Assembly: GCA_035510465.1 (NCBI GenBank) | Contig: DATKHC010000021.1 | Coordinates: forward strand, 66,876-130,875 | DNA: 64,000 nt | Reading direction: 5' to 3' | From: Candidatus Saccharimonadales bacterium | GTDB taxonomy: Bacteria > Patescibacteriota > Saccharimonadia > Saccharimonadales > DATKHC01 | Part shown: positions 8,517 through 18,817 of the stretch, in pieces | How positions within the stretch are numbered: position 1 is the first letter of the stretch | How the letters are laid out: the number at the start of each line of letters is the position of its first letter | Notes under the pieces: generated by a model | What the model was told of the DNA's origin: nothing | What the model saw: the letters and a program-made list of their open reading frames with translations, nothing else | Database searches by the model: none | Translations under genes and position numbers: made by a program

Positions 8517-11363
8517 TTAACTCGATCTTTTCTTTTGCAGGACTTTTTTAAGATACCCTCCAGTATAGGATTTCTGACTTTTTGAAACAGTCTCAGGGGT
8601 GCCTTCAACAAGTATTTCTCCACCGTTATCTCCCCCTTCGGGTCCCATATCAATTATCCAATCGGCATTCTTAATAACGTCTAGGTTGTGCTCAATAATG
8701 ATCATGCTGTTACCGGCATCAACCAGTGCATGCAATACATCTAGTAATTTAGAGACGTCGGCCATATGAAGACCAGTTGTGGGTTCGTCGAGAATATACA
8801 GAGTCCTTCCCGTTGGGCGCCTGGATAGTTCAGTGGCTAATTTAACCCGCTGGGCTTCACCGCCAGACAGGGTTGTGGCTTGTTGACCAAGTGTTATGTA
8901 ACCAAGTCCAACATCGACTAGAGTCTGTAGCTTTCTGGCAATTGCAGGAAGGTTTTTGAAAAACTCCAAGGCTGTTTCGCTTGTCATAGCCAGCACTTCA
9001 CTTATGTCTTTGCCTTTATAATGAATTTCTAGAGCTTCGCGGTTATATCTTTTACCCTTGCAAACTTCACAAGTTACATAAACATCAGGCAAGAAGTGCA
9101 TTTCGATTTTGATAATTCCGTCACCTGAACAGTTTTCACAGCGTCCTCCCCTCACGTTAAAGCTGAACCTGCCTGGGTTATAGCCACGAACTCGAGCTTC
9201 TGAGGTTGCAGCAAAAAGTTCTCGGATCGGGGTAAAGACTCCCGTATATGTAGCAGGGTTACTCCTGGGAGTACGACCGATTGGAGACTGATCAATCACA
9301 ATTGCTTTATCGAGTTCTTTAATTCCTTCGATTTCATCGTGACGGCCTGGAACTGTATTGGCTCTCATTAATCTAGCGGATAGCTCATTGGCTAAGATAT
9401 CGTTAATTAGACTTGATTTGCCAGAACCAGATACTCCAGTCACGACAACCAATAAACCCAGTGGAATATTGACGTCTATGTTCTTTAAATTATTTTCACG
9501 GGCACCCTTTACCAGGATTGATTTACCACTACCGGGTCGTCGCTTGCTCGGGATCTTAATTTGTTTATCAGCTCTTAGATACTGCCCAGTGATACTATCT
9601 TTTACTTTTGCTACTTCGTTTGGAGCTCCTTCCGCTACAATGTGACCACCGTGAATACCAGCGCCAGGGCCTATATCAATGAGGTGGTCCGCAGATAGAA
9701 TAGTTTCTTCATCATGCTCTACTACGATTACCGTGTTACCTAAATCTCTTAGATTCTTAAGCGTATCGACTAACCTTTTATTGTCCCTTTGATGGAGTCC
9801 AATACTTGGCTCATCGAGTACATATAAAACCCCCATTAGCCCGGAACCTATTTGGGTAGCCAAGCGAATTCGTTGAGCTTCTCCACCTGATAGAGTCACA
9901 GCACTCCGAGCAAGAGATAAGTAATTTAGCCCAACGTTTTGCATGAAGTTTAGTCGAGCCTTGATTTCTTTTAGAATTTGTTTGGCTATGAACTCTTCTT
10001 TTGGGCTGAGTTTAAGTTTATTGAAGAAAATAAGACCATCGTCAACCGACATTTCACAGATATCCATAATTGATTTATCGTGAATCGTAACAGCCAGTAC
10101 TTCTGGTTTTAATCTACGGCCGTGGCAAGTATTACATGGCCTCTCGCGCATAAAACGCTCTATATCTCGCCGGATAAAGTCGCTATCAGTTTCTTTATGA
10201 CGCCTTTCCAGGTTTGTGATAACACCTTCGTAAGTAGTCTCAAATGTGCGCCCGAGACCCAGGCTGATTTTGTATTTTTCGCTACCAGTGCCATACAAAA
10301 CTCTCTCCAGGTCTGCTGGCTTAAGTTCAGACGTTGGTACCTGGAGCGAGAATCCATAGCGTTCTGCTAGGGCCTGCAATTTTTTGTTGTACCAAGTATC
10401 TGTGCTAATTCGGTTAAATGGCCTGATTGCACCTTCTGCAATTGTCAGTTTCCCATTTGGGATTACCAGTTCTGGATCAGCTTCTAGCCTTGTCCCAATT
10501 CCAGTACAGACAGGGCAGGCCCCATAAGGATTATTAAAACTAAACAGTCTTGGTTCAAGTTCTGGTATATGGAGATCAGGGTGATCTGTGCAGGCGTACA
10601 TAAGACTGTAGCTAGTTTCTTGATCGTTATCCGCCTCCACTACCACAACGTGACCATTAGCAACTTCCAGGGCTTGTTCTACTGACTGAGCCAACCGGCT
10701 CCGGCTTGGCTCATCGTTTACTAATCGATCAACTACAATTTCAATTTTGTGTTTATAGTTTTTATCTAGAGTCGGAAATTCGTCCAAAGCGTAGACAACA
10801 CCATCAACTCTTGCGCGGGCAAAGCCAGCTCTTTGGTATTGTTCCGGGATGTGTTCGAAAGCCCCTTTCTTATCTACTATCACTGGCGCTAAAATCATCA
10901 GTCGACTACCCTCATCAAGTCCAGCTACTTTTTCGATAATGTCAGCAGAAGTTTGCCTGGTTACTGGTTTTCCGTCGATTGGGCAATGCGGCAAACCTAT
11001 CCGAGCGAATAGCAGCCTTAAGTAATCGTATATTTCGGTTACTGTTGCAACCGTACTCCTGGGATTCCGACTAGTAGATTTCTGATCGATACTGATCGCT
11101 GGACTTAAGCCATCGATTTGATCAACATCAGGCTTTTCCATAAGACCCAAGAATTGACGAGCATAAGAACTCAGTGACTCAACATACCTACGCTGTCCCT
11201 CAGCATAGATTGTGTCAAAAGCTAGTGAAGATTTACCCGAACCTGATAATCCAGTAATGACAACTAGTTTATTGCGTGGGACATTAACACTTATATTTTT
11301 AAGGTTATGTTCTCGTGCACCTTTAACAGTAATTTGGTCGATTTCTCTCATAAATTCGCCCAA
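8517..11363 (-). CDS. uvrA: Excinuclease ABC subunit A
   Basis: 948 aa with two ABC modules ([27 protein letters not shown]; LSGGEAQR twice) and zinc-finger Cys pairs. Confidence 0.97.
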   Translation of the reverse strand: MGEFMREIDQITVKGAREHNLKNISVNVPRNKLVVITGLSGSGKSSLAFDTIYAEGQRRYVESLSSYARQFLGLMEKPDVDQIDGLSPAISIDQKSTSRNPRSTVATVTEIYDYLRLLFARIGLPHCPIDGKPVTRQTSADIIEKVAGLDEGSRLMILAPVIVDKKGAFEHIPEQYQRAGFARARVDGVVYALDEFPTLDKNYKHKIEIVVDRLVNDEPSRSRLAQSVEQALEVANGHVVVVEADNDQETSYSLMYACTDHPDLHIPELEPRLFSFNNPYGACPVCTGIGTRLEADPELVIPNGKLTIAEGAIRPFNRISTDTWYNKKLQALAERYGFSLQVPTSELKPADLERVLYGTGSEKYKISLGLGRTFETTYEGVITNLERRHKETDSDFIRRDIERFMRERPCNTCHGRRLKPEVLAVTIHDKSIMDICEMSVDDGLIFFNKLKLSPKEEFIAKQILKEIKARLNFMQNVGLNYLSLARSAVTLSGGEAQRIRLATQIGSGLMGVLYVLDEPSIGLHQRDNKRLVDTLKNLRDLGNTVIVVEHDEETILSADHLIDIGPGAGIHGGHIVAEGAPNEVAKVKDSITGQYLRADKQIKIPSKRRPGSGKSILVKGARENNLKNIDVNIPLGLLVVVTGVSGSGKSSLINDILANELSARLMRANTVPGRHDEIEGIKELDKAIVIDQSPIGRTPRSNPATYTGVFTPIRELFAATSEARVRGYNPGRFSFNVRGGRCENCSGDGIIKIEMHFLPDVYVTCEVCKGKRYNREALEIHYKGKDISEVLAMTSETALEFFKNLPAIARKLQTLVDVGLGYITLGQQATTLSGGEAQRVKLATELSRRPTGRTLYILDEPTTGLHMADVSKLLDVLHALVDAGNSMIIIEHNLDVIKNADWIIDMGPEGGDNGGEILVEGTPETVSKSQKSYTGGYLKKVLQKKRSS

Positions 11364-11401
11364 TTATACTAAAAAACAGAGTAAAAATCCACCCTATTAA
11401 C

Positions 11402-12829
11402 CTAAACAGCTACTAAACCTGAGCTATATGATTTAAGCTCATTCAGAATTTTTTGGGAGTTCTTTGGTAATTTTTTGTCAGACATTAGCTCATCAATCCT
11501 TTCAAAATAAACTTTCGTTCCCGCTGCTTTTGTAAGGGATAAGTGTTCAAGTCTAATGCCCTCCCAAGACTTTTTTTCCTCATTAGTTAGGATTTCTGGA
11601 AAGTTACGAGCTTTATATGGCAGGAGTAGTCCATTTAACCTATTGTCTTGAAAACTTGGTGTGAGGGTTTTTAAATAGTCAGCTGAAGCGGAACTTACTT
11701 TTTGCATTAAGACTTTGTCGCTGGTCGAAAAAAAACCATCATAAAGTTGCCCATCAACTCCGTAATCCAAAGTCTTATATCGCTTTTCTTGATGAGCATC
11801 AAGTAAACTAAGTGCTTTAAAAATTTTGTCAGACAGCTCAGTCTTTACAGCTTCGAGCTTTTTGTAATTTTTTTCTATATCAGACATTTTTAATTTAATT
11901 CTTTTGGAGGCAGATTCATCTATAACGCTAATCGGCGCAACTGCTGGACACCTGTTAAATAGCAAGGTCTTCACTGGAAATATCTTGTCGCGGTCGTAGG
12001 TTTGCCATATTTCATATAATTGCTCTGGTGATTTATCCATTAAGGTACTCGGATCAACCCGAAGATCAAAGACTAACGAACCTTGTCTCTTGGGATGTGG
12101 AGCAAGTTCCGCAACTACAGTCGTTTTGTGATACTCGCTGGGATACTTGCCCGAAGTGTGAACGAATGGTTGCCCGGCGTTCACCAATTTAGCTACTTTG
12201 GTTTTGTCTGGCATCAGATCAATAAGGTATGAAAATAATTTGGGTTGTTTGGCATATATTAATTGGGCGAGTCCAATTACTGCCAGAACATCAGACAAGG
12301 CATCATGGGCCGAGTCATGGTTGAGTTGGTTAGCTCTGGCTAGATCTTCTAGTCGATTTATTGGTTTCCCGGAGCTGTCGTCCGGCCACTTTATACCGTC
12401 GGGCCTGAGAGCTCTGCACATTCTAGCAACATCAAACATGTCCCACCTAGACCTGCCCATACTCCACTGCCATGCATATGGATCACAGTAATTACGGTAG
12501 TTTAGATAACGCACAAACTCATCATCAAACCTGACATTATTAAAGCCGCAGAACATCGTATCGGCCGTCGCTACATCGCCGTGAAAGATTTTCAGGAAAT
12601 CGTGTTCTGTCATGCCCAGTTCCAGTGTCTTTTGTGGAGTTATCCCGGTTAGCAAAACTGCTTCTGGGTCCGGTAGTACATCCGGGGTTAGTTTAATTAG
12701 CTGGTTTACTGGCTCACCGACTGGATTTAAATCAAGATCCGTTCTAAACCCCGCAAACTGCATAATCCTGTCAGCTTTTGAGCTAATACCTGATGTTTCA
12801 AGGTCATAGAAAAAAATGCTTTTCGTCAT
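11402..12829 (-). CDS. sbcB: Exodeoxyribonuclease I
   Basis: FFYDLETSGISSKADRIMQFAG...GFNNVRFDDEF...HDALSDV are the DEDDh ExoI motifs. The 475-aa length fits SbcB. Confidence 0.85.
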   Translation of the reverse strand: MTKSIFFYDLETSGISSKADRIMQFAGFRTDLDLNPVGEPVNQLIKLTPDVLPDPEAVLLTGITPQKTLELGMTEHDFLKIFHGDVATADTMFCGFNNVRFDDEFVRYLNYRNYCDPYAWQWSMGRSRWDMFDVARMCRALRPDGIKWPDDSSGKPINRLEDLARANQLNHDSAHDALSDVLAVIGLAQLIYAKQPKLFSYLIDLMPDKTKVAKLVNAGQPFVHTSGKYPSEYHKTTVVAELAPHPKRQGSLVFDLRVDPSTLMDKSPEQLYEIWQTYDRDKIFPVKTLLFNRCPAVAPISVIDESASKRIKLKMSDIEKNYKKLEAVKTELSDKIFKALSLLDAHQEKRYKTLDYGVDGQLYDGFFSTSDKVLMQKVSSASADYLKTLTPSFQDNRLNGLLLPYKARNFPEILTNEEKKSWEGIRLEHLSLTKAAGTKVYFERIDELMSDKKLPKNSQKILNELKSYSSGLVAV

Positions 12830-12832
12830 TTA

Positions 12833-14110
12833 CTAATATTCGATGCTATAGGATTCGCCTATGCTAATCCTGTTACCGGGTTTTATACCCTTTTTCTCAA
12901 GTTCTTTTAAGATACCCATTTTTTTCATAATATCACGAAGTCTTGCTACGCCGTCGGGGTTATCAAAGTCTGTTCGGCGGGCAAATTGTTCAATTCTAGC
13001 CCCATTCACCGAATACTTGTTCTTTGTTTTGGTTACTTCCCATGTGTCCGGTACGGTGTCTAGCTTGATAACAGGGATGTCAGCACCTGATAACTCTGCT
13101 TTTTTGGCTTCTGCTGCTCTGGCGCTTTGTATCACCTGCTTAATTGTATTTTTCAGTTCCCCCAAACCAGTCCCAGCAAGAGCAGAAATTGCCATAAGTT
13201 TGGCGCTCCTCGGTAGTATTTTTTTGATGGTGGCTAATTTTTCATCAAGCTTAGCCTTGTCATAACCATCGATTTTGTTTAAAACGACTACTTGGGGTCT
13301 TTTTACAAGAATTGGTGAGTAGGCTTTAAGTTCATTTTGAATAATCTGATAATTTTTAGAGACATTGTCATCATAAACATCAACTATATGAACCAGTACC
13401 TTGGTCCGCTCTATGTGTCGCAGGAATTGGATACCTAGACCTTTGCCTTGACTAGCCCCTTCTATTAATCCTGGGATATCAGCCATCAGAAATGAGAATT
13501 TAGAATCGACATCAACTACCCCAAGACTTGGAGTCAAGGTTGTAAACGGATAATCAGCTATTTCAGGACGGGCGTTAGAAATTGCTGCAAGCAAAGTGGA
13601 TTTACCGGCGTTTGGCATACCGACTAGTCCCACATCGGCAATCATTTTTATTTCCATAGTTAGGCTTTGCGGGAGACACTTCTCGCCTTTTTCAGCAAAG
13701 TTCGGTGCTTGCCTAATGGAACTTGTGAAGTGGGCGTTACCAAATCCACCCCTACCACCACTCATAATGGTTTCCTCTTGACCGTCTTTGACTAGGTCAG
13801 CCACCGTCTCACCTTTATCGTCTAGTACAACTGTGCCTACTGGCACTTTAATCATCAGGTTAGCCCCACTCTTGCCTCGCTTTTTGCTTTTGTCGCCAGG
13901 TTGTCCAGGCTCGGCAGACAATTTCGGGGCATGACGAAAATTAGCTAGTGTATTCTCATTACGTGAAGCTACTAAAACTACGCTGCCGCCTTGGCCACCA
14001 TCCCCACCATTTGGACCACCACGATCGACAAAGCGTTCCCTACGAAAACTTACCTTGCCGTCACCGCCATCGCCGGCTTTAACTGTTACTTCTACCTTAT
14101 CAACAAACAT
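12833..14110 (-). CDS. obg: GTPase Obg/CgtA
   Basis: MFVDKVEVTVKAGDGGDG is the Gly-rich Obg fold. G-domain motifs GMPNAGKST and DIPGLIEGA are present, with a C-terminal OCT-like domain. Confidence 0.95.
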   Translation of the reverse strand: MFVDKVEVTVKAGDGGDGKVSFRRERFVDRGGPNGGDGGQGGSVVLVASRNENTLANFRHAPKLSAEPGQPGDKSKKRGKSGANLMIKVPVGTVVLDDKGETVADLVKDGQEETIMSGGRGGFGNAHFTSSIRQAPNFAEKGEKCLPQSLTMEIKMIADVGLVGMPNAGKSTLLAAISNARPEIADYPFTTLTPSLGVVDVDSKFSFLMADIPGLIEGASQGKGLGIQFLRHIERTKVLVHIVDVYDDNVSKNYQIIQNELKAYSPILVKRPQVVVLNKIDGYDKAKLDEKLATIKKILPRSAKLMAISALAGTGLGELKNTIKQVIQSARAAEAKKAELSGADIPVIKLDTVPDTWEVTKTKNKYSVNGARIEQFARRTDFDNPDGVARLRDIMKKMGILKELEKKGIKPGNRISIGESYSIEY

Positions 14111-14312
14111 AAACTATCTCTGATCATAACCTACAAATAGGCCCTAGTACTAAATTTTTTGTTTTTGTTATGATATAAGCCCGATATTCAACGATTAGAA
14201 GCGTCTGCTTTGAATAATTGTTCGAATCCCTTCCTCCCCGCCAATGATAACTTTAATACTACTTTTGTACTTAAAGACACAGATTAGTAGATTATCTTTA
14301 GCTATGAGCGAT

Positions 14313-15809
14313 TTAGCCCGGTGGATAGTTCGGCGATTCAGCAGCAAGTGGCGTAAAGAGTTGCGTAAATGTGTTTAAACTGTTAGGGAACTGGCCGTCG
14401 TTTATAGCGTTATCACTGCCATTGTCATCTTGATTAAAGTAGCTTAGGTAATAGAAGTTATGGGTAGTTACCCAACTGTAAACCTGGGATATGTAGTATG
14501 GGTCATCTCCACCACACTGATCGTTATAACAACCTATCCAGAGGCCCCATTCAGGGAATGACATAGGCTTATTATGTTCGGCGGCAAAAGTAACCTGATC
14601 ATTCAAGCCACCCGTTCCAGTCACAGTTTGGTTCCAGGCCTCTTTTTGATAATTTAGAGCTTCAGCATCTTGTACGGTAGTACAGGCTGAAGTACCTGGC
14701 GTATCACCGGTGCAGGGTAACAATGAAGGCTTGTCATTAGTGCCAGCTGGGTAATTTCCGCTTGAATCGTACATATCTAGCCCTATAATGTCTACATATT
14801 GGTTGCCTGGGTAAAGACTTTCCCAGTTCAGTGGAACCCAATCACCATTTGCTTCTGTATTTCCAGTTGGCTCACCCGTACTTGGGTTAAAATCGATCAT
14901 AATTTGTGGGTCAGTGGTCTTTAACGCACTAGCTTCGTCTTGATAACACTTTATGAAGTTTTGAAAGTTGTCTTGGTACGGAACATTAGGGTTAAAGTCG
15001 GTATTGGCATCTGTAGCACCGAACCAGCTACCATTAAATTCCCAACCCAGTCTGACTATTGGATCTTTTATACCGTAGGCTATCATCTCTTTAGCAAGTG
15101 CTACATAAAATTGACCATAAGGGCCGTAAGGGAGGTCTGGTGCAGTAGTAGCGCAATCTTCAAAGCTTGAAACCGGTGAGGGTTCTGTTTTTGCGGCTGC
15201 CGCGTAATCATCACCATCAGTATCGGACTGACCATCCTTGGTTAAAGTAAGAGTAGTAGCGTTACCATTCGCCAGCATCGGAACAGCAATTACTGGTCGG
15301 TAGCTGTAATTTGCCCAAGGTTGACCACTACTCCCTGGACCTTCCCAGTAGGTATCAAGTGAAGACAATATACCCCATTGAGAGGTACCCCAATCATTCC
15401 CAGACAAATAAAATTCGCCTAATGGGACAGTATGTCCTAAGTTGGGTAATACGGTAGCTTGTCCGGCAACGGGTTGCCCAGGCATATTTTGCGGAAACTC
15501 ATTATTACCAGGGTAGAAACTTATACGAGGTACATTATTGCCAGTGCTTGAACCAGTACCAAATATCACTGCCTCGCCGTTACTAGCTGTTGGGTCACTA
15601 TATATTTCTGCGGGGGAGTTTACTACGCCACTTTCAGCCTCAACTGCTATATAGGGAGATAGAGCCTTTGAACCAAACAAAAAGTGGACACCAACCAGAG
15701 CTACAAGCCCCACAATTATTACCCCGGTACTATATTGACGACGCGACAGGTCTTTATACGGTTTGAGTTTCTTTACGTGTTTGATTATTCCAAAGTGTTT
15801 CATTACCAT
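14313..15809 (-). CDS. Membrane-anchored secreted glycoside-hydrolase-like protein (TIM-barrel, GH26/GH5-like)
   Basis: N-terminal TM anchor, then AVEAESG...ASNGEAVIFG (carbohydrate-binding-module-like), then VRLGWEFNGSWF and FPEWGLW motifs resembling GH26-type catalytic strands. Confidence 0.45.
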   Translation of the reverse strand: MVMKHFGIIKHVKKLKPYKDLSRRQYSTGVIIVGLVALVGVHFLFGSKALSPYIAVEAESGVVNSPAEIYSDPTASNGEAVIFGTGSSTGNNVPRISFYPGNNEFPQNMPGQPVAGQATVLPNLGHTVPLGEFYLSGNDWGTSQWGILSSLDTYWEGPGSSGQPWANYSYRPVIAVPMLANGNATTLTLTKDGQSDTDGDDYAAAAKTEPSPVSSFEDCATTAPDLPYGPYGQFYVALAKEMIAYGIKDPIVRLGWEFNGSWFGATDANTDFNPNVPYQDNFQNFIKCYQDEASALKTTDPQIMIDFNPSTGEPTGNTEANGDWVPLNWESLYPGNQYVDIIGLDMYDSSGNYPAGTNDKPSLLPCTGDTPGTSACTTVQDAEALNYQKEAWNQTVTGTGGLNDQVTFAAEHNKPMSFPEWGLWIGCYNDQCGGDDPYYISQVYSWVTTHNFYYLSYFNQDDNGSDNAINDGQFPNSLNTFTQLFTPLAAESPNYPPG

Positions 15810-15986
15810 TTCTGTCTGTATTTATCTTGGTTTCTGATACCGCTAAGAGCTCATGTTAATTCTACCCTATATCAGATTTGCCAGAACGTCAACTCCGTAA
15901 GTTTTTTTCTTGGGGTTGAGCCTTTATTTTGTACCACCAGTTGACTCACTTTAGCTCTTCTCCGGTCTTTTCTTCCAATTTTTGAA

Positions 15987-16358
15987 CTATTTAGTTTCTA
16001 CAATTAACAACTGGTTGCCATCTGGGTCATTAAGACTAAACCACTTTACCCCGGAACCAGGACCATATAAGTCATCTGTTACTTCACCAGCACCTGCTGG
16101 AGCAAACTGTTTATGTGCCTCTTGAATATCTGGACTAGACACATAAAGTTTCACGGTGCCTGGTTTCATGTTTTCGTGTGTAGTCGTTAGAGTCATTGAA
16201 GTGCCGCCCCCGGGAAGTTCCAACGACACCCAATGCTTGTCGCCTTGACCATAATCCGTAGTCACTTTAAAGCCTAACTTAGTTTCATAGAACTCCTTTG
16301 ATTTAGCCATGTCACTTACGGCCATGCTAAGCATTATCAATTTATCTAGTGATTGCAT
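15987..16358 (-). CDS. VOC/glyoxalase-bleomycin resistance family protein (cassette)
   Basis: 123 aa with KSKEFYETKLGFKV...WFSLNDPDGNQLLIVE, a typical VOC beta-alpha-beta-beta-beta module. Confidence 0.8.
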   Translation of the reverse strand: MQSLDKLIMLSMAVSDMAKSKEFYETKLGFKVTTDYGQGDKHWVSLELPGGGTSMTLTTTHENMKPGTVKLYVSSPDIQEAHKQFAPAGAGEVTDDLYGPGSGVKWFSLNDPDGNQLLIVETK

Positions 16359-16430
16359 ATTGTTACTCCTTGTTGCATTTAAGATTAGGTAATACGATCG
16401 CCTATCTAGTTATCATATCAAACGATAAAG

Positions 16431-16467
16431 GCTATGTTTGGCTGAGGGTTGAGTTGCTATTCCGTAC
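16431..16467 (+). repeat. Array repeat copy (variant with 4-nt insertion)
   Basis: GCTATGTTTGGCTGAGGGTTGAGTTGCTATTCCGTAC. Confidence 0.7.
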
Positions 16468-16682
16468 TAGCTAGTGCCAAGAAGTCTATCCAGTCTACCT
16501 TGGTTACCTGCAATAGATGCTTGAAGTTTGGCAGCCTCTTCCGTGTCAGTTGTCTGACCTAGCATGCGGGATTGGAAGTCAATTATTTCTTGTAGGGCTT
16601 CTGGGTTGTTTAGCGTAGTCTCTGATATCCATCTTACATATTCATCACTTGGAGACATTGGTTTTTGGGGAGACCCTTCCAT
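16467..16682 (-). CDS. Hypothetical 71-aa protein (cassette)
   Basis: ORF bounded by array repeats at 16431 and 16711. I recognise no family. Confidence 0.4.
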   Translation of the reverse strand: MEGSPQKPMSPSDEYVRWISETTLNNPEALQEIIDFQSRMLGQTTDTEEAAKLQASIAGNQGRLDRLLGTS

Positions 16683-16710
16683 AACAACTAGTATATCAAT
16701 ATCATAAAAA

Positions 16711-16754
16711 GCTTATGAGTGGCTGGGAATCGTCTCCAGACCGATTTCAGAACC
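16711..16754 (+). repeat. Array repeat copy, type II right half
   Basis: GCTTATGAGTGGCTGGGAATCGTCTCCAGACCGATTTCAGAACC. Confidence 0.75.
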
Positions 16755-16775
16755 ATTTAGGCATTACAGCTATGT

Positions 16776-17477
16776 CTAAGAAAAGACAAATAGCTGAAAA
16801 ATAGGTTTGTCTTTGTGCCTAATATTGTATGAATCTTCTTCAATAAACCATTCTGGTGTTATAACCGGGATATGTGAGACTAGAGTTAGCCCAGCCGACT
16901 TAGCTCTTTTTATTGTAATGTCTGGTTTACGAATAATATCGTAAATTACTCCCAGTCCTTCACCGTAATCTGTTCTTGCTGCAACTTCTCCTGGACCGAT
17001 AATTTCTGTTTCTACTTTATAATCTCGTCTCTGTCGAGTAAATAAATCAAAGTCACCGGTTACTATAAGTATCTTTCCGCCTCTTTTTAAGAGTGATTTA
17101 AGCTTTAGAAATGCATTTTCTAAGTCTGATATATGCTCTAGTACCATAGTTGCAATAACGAAATCGAAGTGCTCAGTTGTCTTAAATTCCTGCAATGAAG
17201 ATCTGTAGAATTTAATATCTGAGTATTTAGCTTCAACGTACTTTATGTTTTTGATTGACGGATCAATACCTACTACATCTGTTCCAAGTTTAGCCAATTC
17301 TCCACAAAGCCAACCCTCACCAAACCCAACATCAAGGATTTTTTTACCATCTACATTCTTAAGTTTCGGTAATAAGTTTTCCGCGAACATTCTCCTAACA
17401 GCAGCTCCCTGGGTAAACTTAATTTCTTCAGAATCATACTGAAGGACATTAATGGCTTTGTCTCTAATACTTTTCAT
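16776..17477 (-). CDS. Class I SAM-dependent methyltransferase (cassette)
   Basis: ILDVGFGEGWLCGELAKLGTDVVGIDPS is SAM-binding motif I; FDFVIATMVLEHI is motif II/III. Confidence 0.85.
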   Translation of the reverse strand: MKSIRDKAINVLQYDSEEIKFTQGAAVRRMFAENLLPKLKNVDGKKILDVGFGEGWLCGELAKLGTDVVGIDPSIKNIKYVEAKYSDIKFYRSSLQEFKTTEHFDFVIATMVLEHISDLENAFLKLKSLLKRGGKILIVTGDFDLFTRQRRDYKVETEIIGPGEVAARTDYGEGLGVIYDIIRKPDITIKRAKSAGLTLVSHIPVITPEWFIEEDSYNIRHKDKPIFQLFVFS

Positions 17478-17525
17478 ATATAAAAAGTATAGGTTATTTT
17501 AGGTACATAAGTGAAAACCTATACT

Positions 17526-17560
17526 GCTTATGTCTATAGTCTCCAGACCGATTTCCGTAC
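17526..17560 (+). repeat. Array repeat copy, type II right half, left arm replaced
   Basis: GCTTATGTCTATAGTCTCCAGACCGATTTCCGTAC. Confidence 0.7.
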
Positions 17561-17572
17561 CACCCAGCCTTA

Positions 17573-17601
17573 TTGACAAACAACGACACAGTGCTTATAA
17601 T
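17573..17601 (+). promoter_or_regulatory. Sigma70-type promoter of the mazEF-like cassette (leaderless geometry)
   Basis: TTGACA (17573-17578), 17-nt spacer, TATAAT (17596-17601); ATG 9 nt downstream; no SD. Confidence 0.7.
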
Positions 17602-17610
17602 GTAATTACA

Positions 17611-17847
17611 ATGAAAGCAACAATTGTACCAATTGGTAATTCAAAAGGGATTCGTATCCCGAAAGTAATGCTAGAGGAGAGCGGCATTGAAAAAGATGTC
17701 GAGATTAAAGTTACTTCAAGTGGTCTTAAGGTCACTCCAATAAAGAAAAGCAAACGAGAGATTAGCGAAACGCTTGCCTTAAGTCAAAAAGCACTTGCAA
17801 GAGAATGGGACACGCCAGAGGAAGATGCCGCATGGGCAAATTTGTAG
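17611..17847 (+). CDS. mazE: AbrB/SpoVT-fold antitoxin (MazE-like)
   Basis: MKATIVPIGNSKGIRIPKVMLEESGI is the SpoVT/AbrB swapped-hairpin motif. I prefer the ATG at 17611 over the tracked 17530, because a TTGACA-17-TATAAT promoter (17573-17601) lies inside the tracked N-terminus. Confidence 0.8.
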   Translation: MKATIVPIGNSKGIRIPKVMLEESGIEKDVEIKVTSSGLKVTPIKKSKREISETLALSQKALAREWDTPEEDAAWANL

Positions 17848-18170
17848 TAGGGGACGTTGTAGCCGTTCCATTCCCGTTCTCCGACTTATCTGGCAATAAA
17901 TTACGTCCAGCTATAGTGCTGGCTTCGGTAGAGCACGATGATTTAATCCTGTGCCAAGTGACATCAAAGTCCTTTGCTAGTAATAAAGCAATTAAGCTGT
18001 CTGCTTCGGATTTTTCTGATGGCGGTCTACCGCTAACAAGCTATATTCGTCCAGATAAGTTATTCACTGCAGAAGAAACTATAATCCGAAAACGAAAAGG
18101 TAAGTTAGGCCTACGGCTATTGCATAAAGTATTGACGGGTGTACAAGAGTTATTCGTCATTGAAGAATAA
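17832..18170 (+). CDS. mazF: PemK/MazF-family toxin endoribonuclease
   Basis: GDVVAVPFPFSDLSGNKLRPAIVLA...YIRPDKLFT is the PemK/MazF pattern. It overlaps the antitoxin stop by 16 nt. Confidence 0.8.
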   Translation: MGKFVVGDVVAVPFPFSDLSGNKLRPAIVLASVEHDDLILCQVTSKSFASNKAIKLSASDFSDGGLPLTSYIRPDKLFTAEETIIRKRKGKLGLRLLHKVLTGVQELFVIEE

Positions 18171-18173
18171 ATT

Positions 18174-18203
18174 GCTTATGGCTATTGAGGTTGAATTTCG
18201 TAC
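18174..18203 (+). repeat. Array repeat copy (9-nt shorter)
   Basis: GCTTATGGCTATTGAGGTTGAATTTCGTAC. Confidence 0.8.
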
Positions 18204-18225
18204 CTTACGTTAACTAGAGATTATG

Positions 18226-18522
18226 CTAGGAATTGCCTTTCTCTTCTTCCTGAATCATTTTAAGTATTTTAGGCAGATTGTCGTTTGACCATTTGTACAT
18301 ATTTAGAAATGAATAAATATTCTTCGATTGTTTATGATACTCATTTATAACGTGATCTACGTCAAAGGCATTAATCTTACCTTTGTCGAATTCTTTGAGC
18401 GCTTTACGGATACTAGCCTGGGCTTCTTCTAGCTTTTGTTGCCAGTAATCTTCTATCTCTTGTCTAGACGCCTTCGCTTCAGACTTACTTCTTTTGGAAT
18501 TAGTTAAGTCTGAACCCGGCAT
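18226..18522 (-). CDS. Hypothetical 98-aa helical protein
   Basis: ORF only; charged and helical; immediately downstream of brnA. Confidence 0.4.
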   Translation of the reverse strand: MPGSDLTNSKRSKSEAKASRQEIEDYWQQKLEEAQASIRKALKEFDKGKINAFDVDHVINEYHKQSKNIYSFLNMYKWSNDNLPKILKMIQEEEKGNS

Positions 18523-18532
18523 TTTCTATTAT

Positions 18533-18817
18533 CTACCTGCTTTTAACGGTTTTACGCTCTTCTTCGACTTTTTCACTAAGAAATACTTTCATCAACGACT
18601 GGTAGGGTACGTCTTTTTCATTGGCTAGACCTTTAATCCGAGCCAGTAGTGGTGATGGTAACCTAAGAGATATAGATTCGGTTGAGGTTTTTAGGTTAGG
18701 AAATACAGTTTTCTTGGCTTTACTCCAATCTACGTATTCAGTCGAGTCGTGGGACTCCCAAAATTCTGCTTCTTCCTCTAAGTTCTTAAACTTAGGAATT
18801 ACTTTCAAGTTTGCCAT
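18533..18817 (-). CDS. brnA: BrnA-type antitoxin (RHH)
   Basis: FWESHDSTEYVDWSKAKK...SISLRLPSPLLARIKGLANEKDVPYQSLMKVFLSE is the BrnA_antitoxin pattern. Confidence 0.8.
   Translation of the reverse strand: MANLKVIPKFKNLEEEAEFWESHDSTEYVDWSKAKKTVFPNLKTSTESISLRLPSPLLARIKGLANEKDVPYQSLMKVFLSEKVEEERKTVKSR

Noticed and set aside
14161-14246. A tRNA gene in the obg-downstream intergenic region (GTTCGAATCC...CCA)
   Set aside because: Only a T-loop/acceptor-3'-like tail is present. There is no complementary 5' acceptor strand, D-arm or anticodon arm within 90 nt, and the T-stem does not pair. It is reported only as an ambiguous remnant.
17530-17610. Tracked N-terminal extensions that begin inside repeats (17530 for the antitoxin, 28852 for the VanX-like gene, 21541 for the Doc antitoxin)
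   Set aside because: These extensions are translated from repeat or promoter sequence. Strong -35/-10 pairs lie within them, and conserved family motifs begin at the downstream ATG.
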